A stretch of 54,046 bases of DNA, the filler included, from Basidiobolus ranarum (Eukaryota): the NCBI GenBank assembly GCA_040143965.1. It is 4 parts of 4 records of this genome, joined end to end, with 100 filler letters (N's around TTAATTAATTAA, not from the genome) between each part and the next. Parts side by side here need not be neighbours in the genome. Positions count along the whole stretch, not along the records: positions 13,552 to 26,992 come from JASJQH010007357.1; positions 27,093 to 40,532 come from JASJQH010007358.1; 2 more parts are not named here. The stretch is one strand, 5' to 3'. The stretch's first letter is position 1, and every line of letters begins with the position of its first letter. The notes under the pieces were generated by a model that was given only the letters and a program-made list of their open reading frames with translations, was not told the DNA's origin and ran no database searches. Positions 24,067 to 36,903 of this stretch are shown here, piece by piece. Made by a program: the position numbers and the translations under genes.

Positions 24067-24995
24067 AGTACTGTTGATTATTGATTAACTACTTCAGTAT
24101 ACCTCATAAAATCAATACACATCTTGTCAGCTCTACCATCATAACTGTCATATATTTTGTTCGCATGATTAGTGTCCCCAATTGGGTGAATGGGAAATGC
24201 ACTGTAAATCTATATATTAATTCGTTTATGGTAAGTTAGTGTAATATATTCAAGAGAATAATCATTCCTGAGATATTACAAATAAGCAGCTATTATTCAA
24301 CCAGGAAGCAATGAACTTTGGGGAAGGAGTAGAGAATACTTATGTCTAGAATTTATGTCACTATGACTTGACTCGGAAATCTTCGGAGTTTGATGAAAAT
24401 AATACTAGAATATCCCAGTTATGGTGATAGATACTCTTTATCTGGATGAAAATTATGATGTCTATGCTCTTTGTTTGCAAAGATTGTTGGTGAATTTACT
24501 CATAGGAAAACAAAACTCTTGCCTGAAATATCGGCATTTCAGGCGAATGATTGTTATGTAAGAAGGGTTAGAACCTGAGACCAAACATAGGTCGACTCCG
24601 CGTATTTGTAATGATCGGAAAAGGCAATCTTGAAGTGTGGGGATAGAAATGTCTTCTCAATTGGATTGGAAATTCAACTAACTACTATATTAGTCTTGTA
24701 AATGAAAATCGTCGAGTTAAATTCCCCCATTAATATAGCTAAGCCATTACTCCGCATGAGCACCCATCTTACATCTATCTTGAAGTGACCCAAGTGTTTA
24801 ACGATTTTGGTTTAAGGAGTAGTGGAGAGGAAAGGGAAGCGTCCAAGACCCAAAAACGAGTTACGGTCGTTGTTACACAGTTTAAACCGCAACTAACCCG
24901 AGAATGCTATCTTTCAAAGTATATAAGACATCACTGTGAGAAACAGTAATTCTACATTCAAGAAACCAACTAACTATCAACAACAATAATCAGCC

Positions 24996-26210
24996 ATGCC
25001 TCAGATGAACCCAGGAGACCTTTACGAACAAGTGAAAATCACTCGCTCGGATGGGAATATACCACATATTCTTATCATTGGTGGCGGTGTTTCTGGACTT
25101 ACTACTGCTTGGGCTTTGTGCGAAGCGGGATGTAAAGTAACAGTTATTGCCAAGCAATACTCGTCCACCCGACCTGAGAAAGAAAAGATCGCTTCTGAAA
25201 TGGGTAGCGGTTTGTGGGAATGGGCTCCTTCGGCCAGTGGATCTAGTAAAGATGCACAAAACGAGTATCAAAATTCCAAGCGTTGGTGTCAGCCAACTTA
25301 TGTCAAATTCGAAGAACTCCATGCAAAATACGGTGCGGATATTACTGGAATTCGCTCTCGTATGTCCTGCTTCGTGTTTGATAAAAATATCGAAAATATT
25401 GATGAATCTGCCAAGAATAAGATGATAGAAATCAAGGAACATTGCGATGGATTCTACCGTGGCGTAAAGCATCTGGTCAGAAAGTATAACATCAGCACAG
25501 TTGGAGAGAAAGCTTTCGATTTTCAAGATGGTTATGAGTATTTCTCTTATGTAGTTGACCCAAAGAAGTACCTCGCATGGTTGAAGAGAAATATCGAGGA
25601 GCTTGGTGTTCGTCTCTTGAAATTTGAAGTAACCGGGAATCTGTTAAATGAAGGAGAAAATTTGCTAAATATGTTTCAGGCCGACGTACTGGTTAACTGC
25701 ACTGGATTAGCATCTGTAAGCCTATGTCATGACACAGAGTTGGTCCCCATTCGTACCACTCTATTACATTCCAGAAACGATGGTGTTCGGTTTCCTATGA
25801 TTAAGAGTTGCATCTCTGTCTACAAGCATGTTGGTGCTAGATCAGAAGAGAGAAGTAGATACGAGATTGAGCGCACTATATTCCTTATCCCACGCAATGA
25901 TAAAGCACTGATTATGGGCGACAATTCCCAGATGCAAAATAATGCAAATATTCTACAGGAAATACATAAAAATTGTACGCGTCTCTATCCCGAACTCCGA
26001 AATGCTGAACCCATCGATTATGACTATCACACCCAACAATATCGTAAATACCCTCGAGTTGGTCAAGATAAGGACAACAGTAAAATTTTCCACAACTATG
26101 GACATGGTTACTCGCGTTATAGCTTATCGTATGGATGTGCTCTTGATGTTCGTAAAGCAATTCGACGATATTTTGATGAACTCGATGTTAAACTGAATAG
26201 TCACTTATAA
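24996..26210 (+). CDS. D-amino-acid oxidase-family FAD-dependent oxidoreductase (divergent)
   Basis: ILIIGGGVSGLTTA Rossmann motif, VNCTGL, C-terminal HNYGHG...SYGCA; intronless. Confidence 0.8.
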   Translation: MPQMNPGDLYEQVKITRSDGNIPHILIIGGGVSGLTTAWALCEAGCKVTVIAKQYSSTRPEKEKIASEMGSGLWEWAPSASGSSKDAQNEYQNSKRWCQPTYVKFEELHAKYGADITGIRSRMSCFVFDKNIENIDESAKNKMIEIKEHCDGFYRGVKHLVRKYNISTVGEKAFDFQDGYEYFSYVVDPKKYLAWLKRNIEELGVRLLKFEVTGNLLNEGENLLNMFQADVLVNCTGLASVSLCHDTELVPIRTTLLHSRNDGVRFPMIKSCISVYKHVGARSEERSRYEIERTIFLIPRNDKALIMGDNSQMQNNANILQEIHKNCTRLYPELRNAEPIDYDYHTQQYRKYPRVGQDKDNSKIFHNYGHGYSRYSLSYGCALDVRKAIRRYFDELDVKLNSHL

Positions 26211-26888
26211 CCCTCAACCCATGAATGTTCACTCTAATTCACCTTTCTTCTCCTAGTATTGTTGAATTAAGAAGTATCCTAACCATTATTCAATTTGATA
26301 AAGTGAAAAAGCCACATTACTAGTGTATAAACACTATCGCTCATAACTGATTCCCTTTTTTTGCATGCATTTTGGAAGTGTCAATATCTCTGCATTCACT
26401 GCGTGTATTAACTTTTGCCACATTGGCTAAACAGAGGCCAAATATCAATATTTGATGTTATGAAGGTGATTCCACTAGTTGGTGATATTACATACATTTA
26501 GTGAATCAGTCATGAGCTCAACATATTTTTTGCGCTAAAATTATACGTTGTTGATTATATATCTAAATGTTGCATTATATAAGTTCCAGACTTTGGACAT
26601 TATGCTTTTGGCCATTGCCATTACATGTTTCACATAAATCATGTTTGCTAGCACCAATCAAATCTCTCAGAATTAATTGATAATGGGTGGAAATTGACCA
26701 AATATCAGAAGTTCAAGATGTGTTATTTTTCCATGTTGAACATTACTATATATTTCTTATATATGGAGAAGATGCTGCAGCTATTGATTTGAAAGTGACT
26801 CCTGAACAAGTTAATACCTTTAAAGGTTGCATAACTTACTAAATATTATTGACAAAATATCTTGACCAGAAATAAAAATTATTGTAGA

Positions 26889-26981
26889 TGTTAAAGTATT
26901 TGGGAGCCTGTTGGAAGTGGTTTGGAGAATTAGAGGAATTGGTGGTTTTCACTTATTGATTTATTGAGTAGAAAGTTGACA
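26889..26981. repeat. Dispersed copy of the 19230-19320 repeat, inverted
   Basis: Its reverse complement (gtcaactttctactcaataaatcaataagtgaaaaccaccaattcctctaattctccaaaccacttccaaca...) aligns closely with 19230-19320. Confidence 0.85.
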
Positions 26982-26992
26982 TTTATAGTTTT

Positions 26993-27092
26993 NNNNNNNN
27001 NNNNNNNNNNNNNNNNNNNNNNNNNNNNNNNNNNNNTTAATTAATTAANNNNNNNNNNNNNNNNNNNNNNNNNNNNNNNNNNNNNNNNNNNN
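26993..27092. other. Artificial contig linker
   Basis: N run containing TTAATTAATTAA. Confidence 0.97.
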
Positions 27093-27758
27093 GTGATTGG
27101 AACCGCATCCCGCATCCTGTTCACCACTGTAAATAATAGGATTTGAGGAGCTACTCGTTGAGTAGGATTATCTTGCGGAATACAGTGAGCGCTTATTAAT
27201 GACACGTAACACTGCGAGTAGGCGCTGCATTGTCGCTCTATAAATCTGGGTTTTCATTCACCAGTTGTCTTGTTGAGACTTTTAGTATCTTGTGACTTGG
27301 CCTATGTGTTGTTGCTGCACAAAGATATCTCAATTTTGGGAAACGTGAACGTCGTCACTGAACGCCTGGCGAGAGACTAAGGTACAAGCATTGTCACAAC
27401 GAGCTTTCGGATCTTAAATCTCAGGCTACAGAAAATCACTCAATTCACTATCAATTATCAAGCTATGCTACCCGGACTAGATAAGAAAGTGCTAAAATTG
27501 ATCACTTCAGCCGAGGAAATCATAGGCTTTGAAGGAATATGGAAATCAATGACATCCAAATTCACATGCCGCAGTTGAGTTGACGCGAACAACACATCAG
27601 TGCCACATGTATTGGATACTTCCAGTTAAATGACCGCAATGGATTTACCGTATTTAAGTAGATTTGCAATTTAGTCACAGAAAGACAACACCTTAGAGAT
27701 AAGCCCAGCACTCTTAACTTCAAAAGCGATCTAGCCTAGAAATTTATAACTCATACTG

Positions 27759-28406
27759 ATGACCAAGCCGACAGACTCAACTATTCCTCCACAGGAAAAG
27801 CCCAAGGAACAACCCCTTCAAGAACTGAAAGAGGGTACAGTCGACACAGTTGAAAGCAACTTCCGTTATCTTGCCTATGCTTCTCGACTAAGAACCTTGG
27901 CGATGGCTGGGTCTCGCTATCTAGCATACACCTCCGATGTTGGTGAGGCTTTTCGTCCTCTTGTAAATCCTTTGCTGGTTCGTAGTTGTTATGGTATAAG
28001 TTGGGCGTACATCGGTTTCGATGTATTTTACGAAGGATACAAAGCTAAACTGGCCGGAAAAGACAACTCGGTGGTTGGGGCTACAATTGTAAAACGTTCC
28101 GTCTTTCAGTCCCTCGCAAGTATGGCTTTGCCGGCATTTACCATTCATTCGGTAGTGAGGTACGCTAGCAAGATGGCTAAAAACATCAAAAACCAGAAAG
28201 TCAGGGTTTGGACTCCGACCATTCTTGGTCTAGCCGTAGTGCCCTTCCTTCCGTATATTTTCGATCATTCCGTGGAGAAGGCCGTTGATTTCGTTTTCAA
28301 AGAGGCAGAAAAGAAAATCACTGGCCATCAGGAAACACCGGAAATGTCTCCTGAAGCCAGCTCTAATACAACCAACATTTTATCTGAAGACAAGAAAAAT
28401 GTGTAA
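27759..28406 (+). CDS. MTFP1: Mitochondrial fission process protein 1 (MTP18 family)
   Basis: RYLAYTSDVGEAFRP, YGISWAY, FQSLASMALPAFTIH and PTILGLAVVPFLPYIFDHSVE motifs. Confidence 0.9.
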   Translation: MTKPTDSTIPPQEKPKEQPLQELKEGTVDTVESNFRYLAYASRLRTLAMAGSRYLAYTSDVGEAFRPLVNPLLVRSCYGISWAYIGFDVFYEGYKAKLAGKDNSVVGATIVKRSVFQSLASMALPAFTIHSVVRYASKMAKNIKNQKVRVWTPTILGLAVVPFLPYIFDHSVEKAVDFVFKEAEKKITGHQETPEMSPEASSNTTNILSEDKKNV

Positions 28407-29381
28407 AGTCATACAGCACTTCTTTGCCAGTAAATAATTAATGCCAAGTTCTATCCATTTAGTTAAAGGAATAATATATTTGAATAAGTGATAAACCAGA
28501 ATTCAAACAATGCCCATACCTTGTTGATTCATGTTTCTGGACATCCTTAAATGCACTGCATGTGATACGTCTAAATCAGCCACGCGATTCGTTTTGTTCA
28601 GTCTTTAAAAAGTGGGTCGAAGGTGTGAGTTATGAGCAATTGAGCATAGCTTGATTTCAAGTATAAATACTGTAGTCAAGATTCTCTCAACTCTAGACAA
28701 TATTGCATTGAACTGTGGTAGACTCATACTTAGTATGTAACGAGATTTGGCTGAGCAGTGGATAGTGTTCAGGCAAGAAAAAGCACCGCAAGTTTTCTGT
28801 TAAGAGAATATCCTATTTGCACATGGTGGCATGAATAAAAATATGAATGCTTATTTCAAAGCTAAAACTACCGATTTTGGTTTCGAAAGTCATTTTAGAG
28901 ATGTAAGGTGAGCAGAGTTTAAGCTCCTGCTTAGTAGAGATCGGAATTTTTAATTCAGTAACCTTAAGAGCCTTGAAAATTCCATTTAAGCTTCGAGAAA
29001 TCCAGATATTATCATATGATATGGTAGAAGATGTAAATGAGGAGAAAATAAAGGGTACATTCGAACCAGCAGTTTCATAATAATATATATATACTGAATT
29101 GTTCATGTTCGGGCAATGTCAAGTACACATATGTAATCGCAAGCAGGTACAATCCAAATCTTCCTCCCGTTACCTAGACCTCAAATGCTAAGATCTGCAA
29201 TCTCTCCTTTACTCCTTCCCCTTCAATAATGAAACGTTCATTCACATTTCCCTTTTAACGGCTGAAATCGTACAGCATTTTCCTGGCTTGATTTGCTTTC
29301 CTTAAAGATATCTCTCTTGTTGTTGTATATCACTGTTGCATTTCCTTATTACCATCTTTCGGAACATCGCTAACGGACATC

Positions 29382-29855
29382 ATGAAATTTGGATGTATTA
29401 TTGGTATCTTTATTACCATCATTGGAATGGTTATCGCTGCCGAAAACTACCTTCCACAACTTCCGCCCAATAGTGCCTGTGAAGATGCCCCCACATACTC
29501 TGTGTGTCGCAGTAATGCTCTCGCGGCTATCTGCCCACCTAGTGACAACCTATGTAACTGTCGCCAAGCTCAAAACCTTCTTCGGTGCCTATCTTCATGC
29601 ACACGCGACCCAACCATTGCCAAATTATCAGGACCGCAATCTGCTGAGGTTCAGAAATATTGTCCATTAGTACCGACTAGCATTTTGACTGCTGAGCCAT
29701 CTATAACAAGCCCAGCTTCAGCAGCCAGTACTAGTAGCACTACTGGAGGCAACCCAATGCAATCTTCCATTCTAAATTCGGCACACTATAAAGAGCCACT
29801 TTACTTCCTGAGTGGTGGAGTGGTTATACTTACATTATTGAATACCTACAGTTAG
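29382..29855 (+). CDS. Secreted 8-Cys (CFEM-like) protein with Ser/Thr stalk and probable GPI signal
   Basis: Signal peptide; C-x8-C-x8-C-x6-CxC-x8-C-x3-C-x20-C; NSA candidate omega site and hydrophobic tail. Confidence 0.8.
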   Translation: MKFGCIIGIFITIIGMVIAAENYLPQLPPNSACEDAPTYSVCRSNALAAICPPSDNLCNCRQAQNLLRCLSSCTRDPTIAKLSGPQSAEVQKYCPLVPTSILTAEPSITSPASAASTSSTTGGNPMQSSILNSAHYKEPLYFLSGGVVILTLLNTYS

Positions 29856-30845
29856 GTCACCTTTTATGACAAGTTAGAGCAACTTTATCGACCAGAATAT
29901 TTACAATTCCTCTCTACCAAACCAAAGAGAAGGGCATTTTTCATTCTCCATTCTCGATATATTAGTTAATTCCGTTAATGTATACTTCAGTAAAATAAAT
30001 ATTAGATATATATTCAGACACGTATGTTAACAAAACCACTTTTCCTTTGAAATATGTCTTGTTTTACATTTCCAAAAATATCGGAGGGGGTGATCATATA
30101 ATTGTAAAGCTTAACATATTGCTAGGGGCCTTTACCTTTTTTTCCAAAAATATGTTCAACAACGTTTTACCTCAGAAAGTAGGAAACCAACTCGTTGTTG
30201 CAATCCTAAGAGCTATCGGATACTCTGTACTCCATAGAATAATTTGAATGACAATCAACACAAGTATTATTTAATGCAGTACAACACTACTGTATTACAG
30301 GTATGCCGTAGTCGTATGAAAGCGATGAGAATATTTAGCGAATTCATTGTGACTCTAAATTCACTGTCGATGAAATGCCTACCACCACCCATATTATTAG
30401 ATCTTCTGGAACTCTTCCACAAAATCCATACAAAGAGCATGCTTGCATAAATAATCCGGTTACATTTTAATCGACAGGAAGATCTCATTTGTACAGTTTA
30501 ATTACATTCGAGCCATAATGGTCCGAAAACGGGTAAATTGACAATAGACATATTTGGTATATAATCTTGGTTATATTTATTAGAGCATAATTGACCGAAA
30601 ACTTTTCCACCCTCAGTTTACTTATGGAAAAGATCTTAATTAAATTCAACTCTCTAACAATCTAATGTAGACAGGGCAAATTAGAGCAACGGGACTTTAT
30701 TTCATTTTAAACACATATGGGAATTAGTTTAGAAGAATTCTCTTCAAAGATTAATACATCCAAATCATCCTGGAATAAGCATGTATTACTTTTAAAATAT
30801 ATAACTATTGGACCTCAAAAAGTACTCCATATTCACTACTCCGGC

Positions 30846-31328
30846 TTAAATCAAAAGAGCAACTAGTCCAGTAAGAGCGACAAGACCCGAAGCTAAAGTG
30901 ACTTTACCGGCAGAGTTGGGCTTATTGGTTGGGGTAGTAGAAGTACCTGCAGGTGCTGTGGGGTTGGTAGAAGTTGTACCTGCTGTAGGAGCGACCCCAC
31001 CAGAGGTGGAGGGTGTGGGAGAAGCGACACCAGGGGTGGCCGATGCGGCGGTATTACACCATCTCTGTGTTTCGCCTTGCTGGGCATTACCAAAGCTAGA
31101 AAGGACGGGATCGTCCTTACAGAATCCAAGACAGTCCATTAAAAGTCTGGATTGTTTACAGTTGCAGGGAGCGTCAGTAGCACCGCAAGTAGTGGACATA
31201 ACATTATCGAAGCATAGGTTGTAGGTAGTGGCGTCTTGGCAAGTGTTACCAGGTTCAGCTCTACGAAGAAATACGGCAGAGGCGGCTGTAGAACCACCAA
31301 GAGCAAAATGGATAGTGGTGAATTACAT
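30846..31328 (-). pseudogene. Paralogous 8-Cys CFEM-like GPI protein with a TAA at codon 2 (pseudogene or sequence error)
   Basis: ATG (31328) TAA TTC ACC ACT... is in frame with the 30846-31199 ORF; identical Cys spacing to 29382-29855; NSA and hydrophobic tail. Confidence 0.7.
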
Positions 31329-32627
31329 GATGATATTTGAGGAACAGGCGATGCGAGAGATGTACCGAGAATCATGAAGATGCAATTCTTTTATAAGAAA
31401 ACTCGCCATAGTCGCCTTCAAAAACCATTGGCATATGCAATGTTGGTAGTACCTGGTGAAAGTTCCATATGAAGCTCCGAAGAATACGATCATTTATTTG
31501 AAGTCTATATTTATCCATATCTAGGCTTGATTATTTGCGTTCACAAACGGGCTCATTAATTATGGCGTATTACGGATTCAGTATTCAGTGTAACCGAAAA
31601 TGTGCTTTCTCCAACCAAGATGATTTCCATGTTTGCACAAGAAATCATGGAAACCCACATTGATATTGCTAGTGACCAAAACAATAATATCGAGTTCCAA
31701 AGCGGATAAGAAGTGGACTATGATCCACTGCTGATTGAACCTTAATGCGATGTATAGCTCATTTAACCTCGAGTTGTACGGACCATACAGAACATCAACA
31801 AACAAAGTTGCCATATCATTGGATACTCGGTCGCAGTTAAATATGAACTATTATATAGAGTTGATTTACAAAGAGGTTCTCCATATTGATCTATTTATTT
31901 TTAGAACCAAGCAGATTCCTCACTTGATTGGTATACTTCCCTTGTTAGTAGCTTGGATCTTTAGAAATCTGCTATCTCGACTGTGAATCTCAAAGCTGCT
32001 AGCAATATGGCCTATTTCTTTGTGGCGATTGGTTTAATAAATACCATCAACTGGTGACAGAATGTGGAGATGACACTCACCTATCGTTCTGATCTTGGTG
32101 TGGATGAGGCTAGCCAACCCTGCATGTATTCATGGCTTTCATTGTTGTAAGTCATCCCTTGGTTGTTAGTCTGCTACGATATCAAGAGCTAGACTGGATG
32201 AGGTGGTTGAGCCTGTGAGTTCTCAAGGTCTAGTGTAGTACTTTTGCAGGACTAGGGCAAATGATAGCCTGATGATTCACTGGATATGCAGAGTAGTATC
32301 TGGCACGTATGCTTAGCTCGAGGCTGGTAGAGTTGGGAGCACTAATCAAGAAGTTAACTCACAAAATGCGTTGATGGCTCATATCTTGTATATCCCAATG
32401 ACTTTCATGGACTTGATTCCATCCACAACATTGAATTAGTAAAATAAAGAACTGACTAGTTGGTGACGTGCTCTAACTATTTTGGCTATATCAGTAGATG
32501 ACGTAAAAGGTTCTTGGAAATTTTATGATATTTAACTACTATCTCCAAGAATACCTTTTCCCAAGAAACTCTTACAAATCTCCTCACCACGCTCGTTTCT
32601 TTCTCTCAAAGTACCTTAAACAAAGCA

Positions 32628-33864
32628 ATGGGTCAATCGGATTTACAATCTCTTATCGACATGGGTTTCCCTGAGATTCGTGTGTAAGTGAATTCTTTTC
32701 ATTTGTTGTCTATTCTCCTATTTAACTCATGCCGTGTTTATTTGAAGTAAGAAAGCTTTAAAGGCTACCAAAAACTCTGGTCTTCAGCCCGCTATGGATT
32801 GGTAAGTGAAAGGTTTCTCATGGTGGTGGTGGGGGCGAAATATTACTTGTCTCTTTTTCTAACCGATTATATATCATAAGGATACTTGCTCATGCTGAAG
32901 ATGCTGATATTGATGTTGCTATGGAAGACGCACCACAAGTAGAGGAGGAGTCACATGAGGCTGCTGAATCTGGTAATGATGTTTTTCTAAGAAACTTTGT
33001 TTAATTTGGTCTCTAAAAATGAAATTATCCACATTAGGTGAGGTTAAAGAAGGTGAGCAAACGGCTGAAAGTTTAAAATGTAACGATTGTGGCAAGTTAT
33101 TCCGTGATGGTAAGTGTATCAAAGTCTACTCGTTATACTTTTATATGGATATCCATTCTCAATTGACTCTATCAACTTAAGCCAATGCTGCCGAATTTCA
33201 TGCTATTAAAACGCAACATGCAAACTTTTCAGAATCCACTGAAGCTATCAAACCTTTGAATCCAGAAGAAAAAGCGGCTAAATTGGCCGAATTAAAGGAG
33301 AGATTATCAAAGAAGCGTGAATTACAAAGACTTAAGGAGATCGAAGAGGAAAAAGAAAGAGAACGTATACGTCGTAAGAGTGGCCAAGATTTAACTGATA
33401 TTAAAGAGAAAATGGCTCAAAAAGAGATGCAGAAGGCTCTTGAGGAAAAAAAGAGAGAACAAAAGGCTGAAAAGGATGCCAAGGCTAGGATTAGGGCTCA
33501 AATTGAAGCAGACAAAAAGGAACGTATAGCTAAAAGAGAGGCAGCCAAACTTGCCGCTCAAGGACAAGCTCCCGTTGAGCCTACTGTACAGACTACCGCA
33601 CCCACAGAGCAGAAACTCACCGGAGAATATGCCGAGACTAGGATTCAAATTCGCTTCCCTAATGGAAGTGCCCTTCATAACACTTTCAAAACCGAAGATA
33701 CTCTAGATGATGTCTACAGCTATGTCGAGAGTACGGGACAAGCCGAGCCTGGCTTCAAACTGATGACTGCTTTCCCTAGGAGAGTGTTAGGTCGCGAGGA
33801 TGGTAGCAAGTCACTTAAAGATTTACAACTTTCTCCTTCCGCCGCTTTGGTTTTATCACCATAA
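32628..33864 (+). CDS. UBA - C2H2 zinc finger - coiled coil - UBX protein (UBXN1/SAKS1-like Cdc48 adaptor)
   Basis: LIDMGF...AMDW (UBA), KCNDCGK...FHAIKTQH, TRIQIRFPNG...TAFPRR...LSPSAAL (UBX); several short introns. Confidence 0.88.
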
Positions 33865-34329
33865 ATTGTATGATTAATATCTATACAGGTTTGTAAATTG
33901 TCTGATTTATCTCTCTTTAAGCATACCAGTCCATCAAGAGCACCTTTGATTCCATGCTCTATTATCGTCAATATACATATTAACTTGGAAAAAGTCTACA
34001 CCAAGAATATAAAACGGTAGAATCGTAAAATAAACCCAATTTATTCATTAGTAGTGTATATTACGATATTGAAGCATTTTACGTTTCTTGTACTAATTGA
34101 CAAATCTAGAGTGTCAATATACAATCATACAAATTTCATTTACTAGCACCAAAGAATCAGAAAGGCGCATGCTCAATCATGTTAATGAGTATTTTAATAG
34201 ACGTTGGGAACATTCCAACAACGAAACTAGGACTCTCAGTTATCTACTAACATACAAAAATCACAAAGGAGTAACATACATGTGGTCTAATCTCGAAGGC
34301 TCGTAATTTCAACGAATAATGCGGGGTAC

Positions 34330-35378
34330 CTAGCCCTCGAGGTTTTCCCGAGAGAAGCGTACAATATATAACTTTTCTCTTCCTGCTTTGCGTAGTGTAA
34401 TAATCTAAATGATTGTCGAAAAAGGTTAGATAAAGGAAGAGTATTTAAGAAAGACATGAAGATAATACAACTTTAGATTCAAGTCCATATTGTGTTTTCA
34501 TAAGATTCATGATTTCTTGTGGTCGATTATCCAAGATTAATACAAGGTAAAAGACTCCTCGTGGTGATAACAGGTCCTATTATTAAAGAAAGTTTAGTAG
34601 TGAAGGCTAATAAGCGAGAATTTGACTAATCCAAAGTTTACATCAACAATAGGAAGCATTTTATCGATGACCTCGCGACCATCAATTCCACCTGCCCACG
34701 CAGCTTCAATGGAATGACTTCCAACTTCCTCCGAAGGTGTAACAACATACGGAGGATTAAATACTAAAACATCAATCGCTTTATGGAGCCGTGTGCTTAA
34801 GCCTTGAGTGAAGTGAGTTATTACCGGGTTAACTATGGCCTAAGAGAAATGGTGTATCACTGGTTACTATATAATCAGGCTATTTTAAAGGGTGAAAGCT
34901 CTTGCCTTATTTTTTGCAGCAGTTAGGGAAGTAGCTCGAGCTGCATCCGGATTTATATCTGTTGATAAAAACACTACACGAAGTTGAGTATGCATAGCCA
35001 TATTTACGTATATATCCGAAGTTTTTCTTTCACAATCTACTCACATCCTGAACCCATTAACTTCTCTAGAAATGTGATAACGCAACCAGAGCCCGATCTA
35101 CCAACATATTATTAATTTCGGTTTAAATTTTTCCAGTCATATCAACAATAATCACCCAATCTCTAAACATATACCACCTCTAAGAGGTTTGAGCGTCTCG
35201 AAGTCTTCTTCGAAGGCATCTAAAAGTAAAAAGGTGTCCTCTAAGTAGATAAAAGTAAGGCTAAATCAATGAGAGTTTCAAATAGATAACACAAGCAAAC
35301 AACGGGACAACCTGCCGGTTCATAAAATTTTTCATAATCCTTGGAGGAGAAATGAGTCAAATAAGGAGTCGGTATCAT
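34330..35378 (-). CDS. MTQ2: HemK2/N6AMT1/Mtq2 eRF1 glutamine methyltransferase (multi-exon; absent from the ORF track)
   Basis: MIPTP...YEPA-EDTFLLLDAF, CLEIG-SGSGCV, TDINP, FNPPYV, AWAGGIDGREV, GVFYLV, RKAGREKL; TAG at 34330-34332. Confidence 0.9.
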
Positions 35379-36903
35379 TGATACTATTCTATTATACAAA
35401 TATATGCTCTGAAGGAGTATAGAGAGTAAATCAGGGATATACGGTAATAGCTCACTTCGTAATACATTTAAAAAAACCTTTTTTTTTAAATCAGACAGTA
35501 AATAAAATCACTCACCTCCAATTTCGCCCTAAATATAATGCTTGATTTAACGTAACATCACAACTTCCAGATGTGAAGGTGTGCATCAATCTCTTCAGAC
35601 AAAAGTTTTAATTTTCGTTGGGCCTTCTTGGGTAGTGGTGTATTTAGAATGTATTGATCTCAAGTAAAATGGAGTGTATCCAATTCCTCTGAGTTTCATG
35701 TGATTAATTTCGGGTACCAGCTTCTAAGCTCATTTAGTGCTTCATTTTATATGATCTGGATTGACACATTTCGGCTAGCTTTATTGTTATAATTGAGTGT
35801 TAACCACGGCAAGCAACACGAAGGTTAAAGTATCATTACTCAAAAGCTACGTGCCATATGCATGTATTAAATAAAGCAAGTTCTCTTACAATTCAGTAGT
35901 TTTTAGACATTTTACCAAGTTCACTGGAGCAATAATCGATTTTAGTCAATCAATATTTGTGAACAGAATAAAGGGTGTTACAGATCTCCTTTCCGGGGTT
36001 ATAGGGAATCGCAGGTGGCGTAGAGAATAGTGATAGATCTATTTACTGTATAGTAACGATAAGGCGAATTACGGGTGGTTAGACAAGTTTCTTTTTATTT
36101 CGAGCTTTTCGGAATGTCCCACTCTACGTCCTGTTTCAATGAGTGTGTTCTACAACTGGCCCCTAAGCATCCTTAGAACATATTCAGATAGTTTAATCGT
36201 TAACGCCGGTCGAGTAACTAGGTGGATATCATAGGAAGTTATTCATAGCCATTCGTATTCCGCGAAAAGACTACCCATGCTCTCGAGTATATCACTAGGT
36301 ATTGTGTAGGAAAGTTAGGCTATCACTACATAAAAACCGTCGTAAATAGTGATCGTACATTGCAGTGCATTAAAAGCTGTTGACATATCATTACCAAATC
36401 CAAGGAAAAATCCGCATATGTTGGTTCAAATGCGATCGTAAGGAAGCATCTTGCGACTTTTCTCTCGTTATCATTCACATACATAAAAAAAACATATACT
36501 GGGAAGAAACCCACTACGTAACAGAGTAAAATCTCTATATTATTCATGCATCAGATCGTGGAGCAATCATTCTATGTTATGATAAGAGCGAAGCAACAAA
36601 CTATTCCATTTAGAGAGGGTTTTTTCTCAAGCTACATAATAATGGAAAGGAGCTGGTGTGGCATGCAGAAGTCACTCACAATGACATTAGCCCATTTAAT
36701 AATAAAATTAGATAGGTGATTGATCTAGAACATTAGAGAGCGCTATTTCCAACTAACGATGATGTGAAAAAGTTACTAGAGGACCCGTGCTCGACGTCAC
36801 TCAAGATGTAACAAAATGCTGATGGTTTTGATGCGAAGGTAAGATACTATGGAATTTATGATTGTAACATATGCAAAGGAAGTAACTGATGAATTCGGGA
36901 CCA

